DNA of 64,000 nt from a virus (taxonomy: Duplodnaviria > Caudoviricetes). The first letter of the stretch is position 1. Every line of letters begins with the position of its first letter. This document shows positions 58,204 to 64,000 of the stretch, piece after piece. Both the position numbers and the translations under genes were made by a program. The notes beneath the pieces were generated by a model that was not told the DNA's origin, did not search any database, and worked only from the letters and a program-made list of their open reading frames with translations. Location: the IMG/VR virus record IMGVR_UViG_3300031994_000006, positions 32,001 through 96,000 of that record. One strand, given 5' to 3'.

Positions 58204-58231
58204 ACCGGAAATACCGGAATATATTCTGATA

Positions 58232-59437
58232 ATGGCCGAAAAATATTCAACGCTCAAGATACCGAGCCTTTATAAGTTCACTTCGGAGATTGACTACCTC
58301 AACTTCCTGGCGACCAAGCCGGCCGCGGACCGTGAGTCCGTACTCGCGTTCGTGGGCAACAGTGCGGGCCGTGACGACGTGGACGACAATACGTCACAGG
58401 GATTCGACATATTCCTCGGCAACGAGTCGCTCACCAAGGTCAAGTTCTATGTGACGGATGAGTCTACCGGATACTGGAGGCTCGCCACCGAGTCCGAGCT
58501 CGACGGAACCGTCAACTACGCCATTACGAAGGTCGACCGTGACCGTCAGTCCCATTCGAAGAACATCTATCTCAGGAAGATCTCCGAGGAGGTCAACGGC
58601 CTTGTGGAGAAGGCGGTGGACGACAAGTACTACTCGATGCTCCACCATACACACCTCATCTTCCGCAAGATATACTCGATACTGTACAAGTTCGTCATAC
58701 CGAACATCGACGACGCATGGCTCACCCAGGCGCCGGGCATCTATGAGCACGGACAGAAGGTGACCATCTCGAGCGTACGTATCGGAACGCTGACCGAGCC
58801 CGACGTGAAGATCAAGAGGATCGGTGTATTCAAGAACAGGGTGCAGGACGTCTCGCCCGCGAACTGCATCGCCTATACGACACAGAAGACCACGGGCAAC
58901 GAGCTGGCGCTCAACATGCCCGTCACAATCTCGGAGAACCATACCTATTACATAGGATTCACATACGAGTTCGTCAACCATACGGACCTCATACACAAGG
59001 AGAGGAACTTCGACACCAGCGTCCCGCTCGGTGAGGAGGAGGGAACCGAGTTCGTCGAGTTCATCAAGACATGTACATACACATTCGGATATATGGAGAA
59101 ATTCTTCTGGAGCACCAATATAGACGCCGTCCGTAACAGGTCGATCGGCGAGATCATGACGACTGAGGAGGACTGGCGCCCCGGCACGTCTTATGTCGGC
59201 GTCACCCATCATACAGGCAGCCTGGCCGCATGGGTGCCGACGACCGAGCAGACCAAGAAATTCCTGTTCGCCTGCTTCCCCGAGTCATGGGGCAAGCCGA
59301 AGTACATGATAGACGGCCTGACCTATGAGTTCGAGGAGGATAAACTGATAAATAAGACTGAATACAACGGAGTGACTTACTGCCTCTACGCATCTGACTA
59401 TCCGATTGTCGCAAACGCTATCAGCATCACAAGGTAA
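58232..59437 (+). CDS. Hypothetical protein, probably virion-associated (401 aa)
   Basis: Late-type promoter; beta-rich C-terminus; TAATG coupling to the next gene. Confidence 0.8.
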   Translation: MAEKYSTLKIPSLYKFTSEIDYLNFLATKPAADRESVLAFVGNSAGRDDVDDNTSQGFDIFLGNESLTKVKFYVTDESTGYWRLATESELDGTVNYAITKVDRDRQSHSKNIYLRKISEEVNGLVEKAVDDKYYSMLHHTHLIFRKIYSILYKFVIPNIDDAWLTQAPGIYEHGQKVTISSVRIGTLTEPDVKIKRIGVFKNRVQDVSPANCIAYTTQKTTGNELALNMPVTISENHTYYIGFTYEFVNHTDLIHKERNFDTSVPLGEEEGTEFVEFIKTCTYTFGYMEKFFWSTNIDAVRNRSIGEIMTTEEDWRPGTSYVGVTHHTGSLAAWVPTTEQTKKFLFACFPESWGKPKYMIDGLTYEFEEDKLINKTEYNGVTYCLYASDYPIVANAISITR

Positions 59438-62400
59438 TGGCCATTATAATTAACAGCTGGTTCAAGGTCAACTCGTCGATAGACACCGCGCTCCTCGACT
59501 CGTCATGGGTCAAGGGATCGGTGCATTACGCCAAGCAGCCTTCGGACCTTGTGGCACCGGGCGGCCGGTTCCAGGACAAGGCGTTCGTCGAAGACGGCAA
59601 CCTTGTCGTGTGCAACAGGCGCGAGCTCTGGCAGGCGCTCTATACGGATTCCTCAATCCTCTGGAGCAAGTTCGCAGTGACGGGCACCGGAGGCGGCGGG
59701 ACCGGCGGAGGCGGTTCGATAGTCAGGCCCGGCACGGACGGCTCGGTCATCGTCAATCCGACGGCCGGCCCTTCAATCGTATATGCCGAGACATACGAGG
59801 CGCTCTGTCAGGCCTACAGGGATCCCGCCAAGATAGACGAGGGCGTCCTGGGCGTCGTCGGGGGCAAGGACCTCTATGAGTCCAGGCTCGTATCCGGCGA
59901 GATCACATGGGTGAAGTCCCAGATAATCCCGGAGATAGACGACAAGGGCAGCTCGGTCATATACGTCAGTACATGGGAGGAGCTCTCGCTCGGTGAATAC
60001 CAGGACCGCAATAAGATACAGGACGGCAACCTGGCCGTCGTCAAGTACGGCAAGAGCGGCAAGCAGGAGGTCTGGCAGGGATTCTACGCGAGCGACTCAC
60101 CCGCCATCGTCTGGGAGAAGTCCAGGCTGTTCAACGTCTCGCAGCGCAATATCGTCGTCGACTCATCGGGCAACTGGCTCGACAACGTCTATTTCGACGA
60201 GGAGCTCCGGCAGTTCTCAGGCGAGGAGATGGAAAAGCTTCCCGACGAGTTCCTGGTTGTCAGCTCCAGCACCGATCTGAACGAGTTCTCGAAGATCAGG
60301 CCGTCATGGGATCCGTTCGAGGCCATCATGGTCCTGCAGAACGCGGTCGCCGACATGCAGCGCAAGATGAGGGTCCTGCTCCGCACGTTCGACAACGGCC
60401 TCGAGTCCGGCAACATAGCCGACGTGTCCGCCAATGCGGCCACGTCGCTCGCATACGGACAGGCCGCCCCGCAGCCGATGATAGACGTCAGCCCGTTCGT
60501 GCTCGGCACCGGCAATGAGGTTCCCGAGGGCGAGGATCCGGTGGCCGACGTCAGCATGCACTGGACGAACGAGAACGGCGAGATCGTCGAGCGTGAGCAT
60601 GTCATATACAATGACAACATCCTCGACTCATGCGTCTATCCGTATACGAAGCTCGGCTCCACCGACACGTTCGATGCTGAGACGCTCGAGGAGGGAATCG
60701 ACCCGTTCGCCGGCGTGGACGTCAGCGACGGAACCCAGAGCTTCATCAACCCTGGGGCGCTCCTCTACGGCGATTCCATGATACCCGACACGCTCGACTC
60801 GAGCGGGTACATAATGCCCCTGAAGCACCTCGTACTCAAGGTCGCCGACACGGTCGAGATCATGAACAGGTTCAAGCAGTACCTGTACCCGAACGAGCTT
60901 GTCATCTGTATCGCCACGAATACGCTCTACCGCTATGACATAACCCGCAACAGGATGGTCGCCCTGGCCGGCGGCTCCGGCGGCTCAGTGGATCCGAGCG
61001 CAGACTCTTCAACTGACATACCTGATACATCAACAGATATTATTACAATGGATGAAATAATCAAGGCACTGACCGACGGTTCGGTCAACCAGATCGTCCT
61101 CACGGACATCAACAACTCCGCACCGGACGCGCCGAAGTATACGGCCGGCATCAGCAACGGTCAGTGGAAGATTTCCCGCGTCGGAGGCGTCGAGATTCCC
61201 AAGGGTTCGACCGCTGGTCCCGCGAGGACGAGCACCACGAGCCCGTTCAAGGGATGCAGCACCCTGCAGATCAACGAGGTGTACGCGAACGACAATGCGG
61301 CCATTCTGGCGAACGCCGAGCATGACGTGACGCTTCCCTGCTCACACAACTTCGTGGAAATCGCGAACCTTGATCCGCATAACGCAATCGACCTGAGCAA
61401 GGTCACGCTCCAGTACCTGGATCCCGGTGAGAAATGGCACTGCCTGCGGCTCCGCGGCGTCATCGAGCCGGGCAGCACGTTCCTTGTCAGGGGCGCGAGG
61501 ACTGCTCCGTCAGGAGCCCCGTCCACCGTCATCGACGTCACTACGTACGATATGGAATGGTATGAGAACGGCAGCCTGATGGCGTTCAATAACGCGAAGG
61601 GCGCGCTCTATCTCACGCTTGACACCTCCGCGCTTCCAGACGCGTCGAATCCCGCCGTCATGGCAGGCAAGCTTCCCGCCGACAACAACTACATCGATCT
61701 CCTGGGCTGGGGTCCGGCGACATGGGGATACGCCGACGCGGCGAGCCCGTTCACGGTCGTAGGCCCGAACAACCTTATCGTCAAGAAGTGGATGATGGAC
61801 CGCTCGAAGCAGGGCGGACCGCAGGCGCTGTCGAACAGGGACTCCAACAAGTACATGGACTTCGTCAACCTGAAGGCGCACAACCTCGGCAACGAGAAGG
61901 ACTTCCGTCCCCGTGCGTCGTTCGAGAAGAAGGACATCTACACGACCCGCTCGTTCTTCCGTGAGGATCATCCGTACTGTGTGACCGTCGCGTTCGGTAT
62001 CGACGCCGCGACGACCAGGACATTCAACTGGATCTCAACGCAGGATCAGGCCGAGTACGTGTTCTACCGCATCAAGGGCTCCAATGACCCGTGGAAGATT
62101 AAGGAGTCTTATTATGAAGGAGACGGCATGGACGCCGCCATCCGCGAGGTCCCGGCGACCTATACCAGGTACGCGGCGGCAGTGGCCGCGGCCGGTGCCG
62201 AGGCGACCGAGGCGTCCGACGCGACCACCTACAAGATCCATATCCCCGCATACGACCGTATCAAGTGGGAGACCTCGGGCCAGACCTTCGTCACGACGCA
62301 CAAGGTCATCCTGAAGAACGGTGTCACGACCGAGTGGAGGAAGTCCGGCGACTCATATGTCAAGGCGACCACGGTTCTCACGCCGTCGCTCCGCTACTAT

Positions 62401-64000
62401 ACCGACAACACGCTCAGGACCGAGTCCGGAACGAGGACGCAGTATACCAAGGGTACCGAGTATGAGTTCAAGGTAGGTCCCGCGGTCTATGACCAGTACG
62501 GCATCGTCGCCGGTCCGGATGACGCGCGCTGCTCCGAGCTGTTCTGCTTCCAGATCCGTCCGGCTGTCACGGACGCCGAATGGAGCTTCGTACAGCATAC
62601 CGACGAGCAGGGCTTCCGCTGGCAGGACTATGAGTGCTGGAGGCGTTCCGCGGACCAGATACGCGCCCTGCACAATCCTGAGTTCACCATAGACACGGGC
62701 GATATGACCCAGAACGGCAACAGGCTGTCCGAGTGGATTGACTTCTACAACGGCGGACTGAATCTCTGGGGAGGCCGTCCTTTCTCCAAGAAGATCGGAC
62801 AGGGTACCGAGAACAGGCTCTATGAGAACGAGTCCGCGGGTATCGAGCAGATGAACGTCGTCGGCAACAACGACCTTTCACCGATACAGGACTACATCCT
62901 CGGCGACGGTTCGGATACCATTGATATAGGCAACGTCGAAGGCAAGTGCTCACCCAAGCAGTTCCTGTACTTCTACTGCTATGAGCTCGATCCTGAGAAC
63001 CTGCCCGTGCAGTACTCCACTGAGGAGGTCACCCTTAACTGGCGCGACAGCGGCGGGGCCGCCCATGCCGTGCAGGACGAGAGGACCTATATCACGAACG
63101 TCTTCCCGAGCACGTACAGCTTCAACTACAACAACTGTCACTTCACGGCCATCTGCTCCGAGCTGACGGTACCCGCTGAGCACCATATCTACGGCGCCGA
63201 GGCCGCGGGCACGGGAGTCGCTTCCCATGCGGGCACCAATGATGCGATCCTCAGGTGGATGGAGGCCGACCTCTGCAAGTACTACAAGTTCTCGCACAAG
63301 CCGGGTCCGAACGCCACCTATCCATGGGCTATCGTCTACATGCATGAGATGCCCTATACAATCCTCACGGAGGACTATATGGACAAGTTCATGCCGACCG
63401 ACGCCGAGAAGGCACAGGGCAGGCGCTGCACCGCGACGCTCGCCGCACGTACCGGAGGCTCCAAGCTGAACGACAATACGACCCGTCCGTTCGAGACGTC
63501 CGAGATCATACAGCGCAATCACGTGCGTCTGGTCATCGGCGGCCACAAGCACACCCATTCGCAGACATGGCCCCTGTTCGAGAACGTGACCTATACTACC
63601 AAGATCTGGATACCCGCGGCCGAGTACTCCGCACTGAACGCGGCCGGTCCTATCGAAATTGTGAAGACCGACGTCTCCACTTACCGCGTGACCGGCGCGA
63701 GCGCGACCTATACCGACGTGGACGTTCCTAACCATGACGACTATACGTTCGTCGGCGAGCAGATCATCCAGCCCTGGGAGGTCAATACCTGGGTTATCGA
63801 GAACGCGTCCAAGCTCGAGAGGAAGGTCAACAGCGCACAGGTGTACTTCACGCTGCCGGACGGATCCAAGACCGATGCATACGACTCGACCGCGTATGAC
63901 GTCTACAAGCGCGAGTACACCGGCGAGGCCGCGGATCGTTCCGACATCTACTATGACTGGCGCTGGCAGGGCGGCGGCATTCCTCTCGTCGCGGCCGACA
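59437..64000 (+). CDS. Giant protein (partial, >=1521 aa) with lamin-tail domain and purple-acid-phosphatase-like phosphoesterase
   Basis: ATG overlaps the upstream TAA and the frame is open to the window end. LQINEVYA...HNFVEIAN...IDLSKVTLQY (~61261); TRTFNWIS; HTDEQG, DTGDMTQNG, VGNND, MHEMP and GGHKH (62581-63560). Confidence 0.85.
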   Translation, partial: MAIIINSWFKVNSSIDTALLDSSWVKGSVHYAKQPSDLVAPGGRFQDKAFVEDGNLVVCNRRELWQALYTDSSILWSKFAVTGTGGGGTGGGGSIVRPGTDGSVIVNPTAGPSIVYAETYEALCQAYRDPAKIDEGVLGVVGGKDLYESRLVSGEITWVKSQIIPEIDDKGSSVIYVSTWEELSLGEYQDRNKIQDGNLAVVKYGKSGKQEVWQGFYASDSPAIVWEKSRLFNVSQRNIVVDSSGNWLDNVYFDEELRQFSGEEMEKLPDEFLVVSSSTDLNEFSKIRPSWDPFEAIMVLQNAVADMQRKMRVLLRTFDNGLESGNIADVSANAATSLAYGQAAPQPMIDVSPFVLGTGNEVPEGEDPVADVSMHWTNENGEIVEREHVIYNDNILDSCVYPYTKLGSTDTFDAETLEEGIDPFAGVDVSDGTQSFINPGALLYGDSMIPDTLDSSGYIMPLKHLVLKVADTVEIMNRFKQYLYPNELVICIATNTLYRYDITRNRMVALAGGSGGSVDPSADSSTDIPDTSTDIITMDEIIKALTDGSVNQIVLTDINNSAPDAPKYTAGISNGQWKISRVGGVEIPKGSTAGPARTSTTSPFKGCSTLQINEVYANDNAAILANAEHDVTLPCSHNFVEIANLDPHNAIDLSKVTLQYLDPGEKWHCLRLRGVIEPGSTFLVRGARTAPSGAPSTVIDVTTYDMEWYENGSLMAFNNAKGALYLTLDTSALPDASNPAVMAGKLPADNNYIDLLGWGPATWGYADAASPFTVVGPNNLIVKKWMMDRSKQGGPQALSNRDSNKYMDFVNLKAHNLGNEKDFRPRASFEKKDIYTTRSFFREDHPYCVTVAFGIDAATTRTFNWISTQDQAEYVFYRIKGSNDPWKIKESYYEGDGMDAAIREVPATYTRYAAAVAAAGAEATEASDATTYKIHIPAYDRIKWETSGQTFVTTHKVILKNGVTTEWRKSGDSYVKATTVLTPSLRYYTDNTLRTESGTRTQYTKGTEYEFKVGPAVYDQYGIVAGPDDARCSELFCFQIRPAVTDAEWSFVQHTDEQGFRWQDYECWRRSADQIRALHNPEFTIDTGDMTQNGNRLSEWIDFYNGGLNLWGGRPFSKKIGQGTENRLYENESAGIEQMNVVGNNDLSPIQDYILGDGSDTIDIGNVEGKCSPKQFLYFYCYELDPENLPVQYSTEEVTLNWRDSGGAAHAVQDERTYITNVFPSTYSFNYNNCHFTAICSELTVPAEHHIYGAEAAGTGVASHAGTNDAILRWMEADLCKYYKFSHKPGPNATYPWAIVYMHEMPYTILTEDYMDKFMPTDAEKAQGRRCTATLAARTGGSKLNDNTTRPFETSEIIQRNHVRLVIGGHKHTHSQTWPLFENVTYTTKIWIPAAEYSALNAAGPIEIVKTDVSTYRVTGASATYTDVDVPNHDDYTFVGEQIIQPWEVNTWVIENASKLERKVNSAQVYFTLPDGSKTDAYDSTAYDVYKREYTGEAADRSDIYYDWRWQGGGIPLVAAD

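Noticed and set aside
59505-63735. Many short ORFs at the right end
   Set aside because: They are alternative-frame or antisense fragments within the single open frame starting at 59437.
1-64000. Stop-codon reassignment as in Lak or some crAss-like phages
   Set aside because: Core genes are intact under the standard code, and TAG, TGA and TAA all end genes at sensible boundaries.
1-64000. tRNA or rRNA genes
   Set aside because: No cloverleaf with a T-loop signature was recognised in intergenic gaps by eye; tRNAscan-SE would be needed to exclude them formally.

Overview
This 64-kb window is part of a large, fairly GC-rich lytic myophage (jumbo-phage-like) with T4-superfamily core genes scattered among accessory genes. 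Recognisable core genes are portal (gp20-like), major capsid (gp23-like), an enlarged tail sheath (gp18-like), a gp25-like baseplate wedge, a gp2-like DNA end protector, a probable small terminase, UvsW helicase and a RuvC-like resolvase. Accessory genes include Dam methylase, ClpX, DHFR, an RNA ligase/phosphoesterase cluster, a nucleotidyltransferase and an AAA ATPase. The host is probably Bacteroidota (AT-rich starts without Shine-Dalgarno, a TAnnTTTG box, Bacteroidota-type gene families); this is inference. The standout feature is a 14-aa tag, EAF(R/K)AGNRARKKE(S/A), present in 23 near-perfect copies plus 1 degenerate copy in six genes on both strands. It divides three long ORFs (>=989, 1162 and 2103 aa) into strings of 157-287-aa modules and also heads three single-module genes. 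In 22 of 23 copies the tag begins at a hydrophobic-x-E|A site. This matches the T4 gp21 prohead-protease consensus and the predicted maturation site of this phage's own capsid protein (LNE|A at E68). I infer a system of protease-processed capsid-cargo polyproteins that release many different proteins (variable LRR modules, BspA-like LRRs, a GNAT, unknown folds); all except the untagged N-terminal GNAT would carry the same basic N-terminal handle. Two ORFs running off the window ends (<1..2967 minus, 59437..>64000 plus) are missing from the supplied ORF track. All family assignments come from motif recognition by eye; no database search was run.
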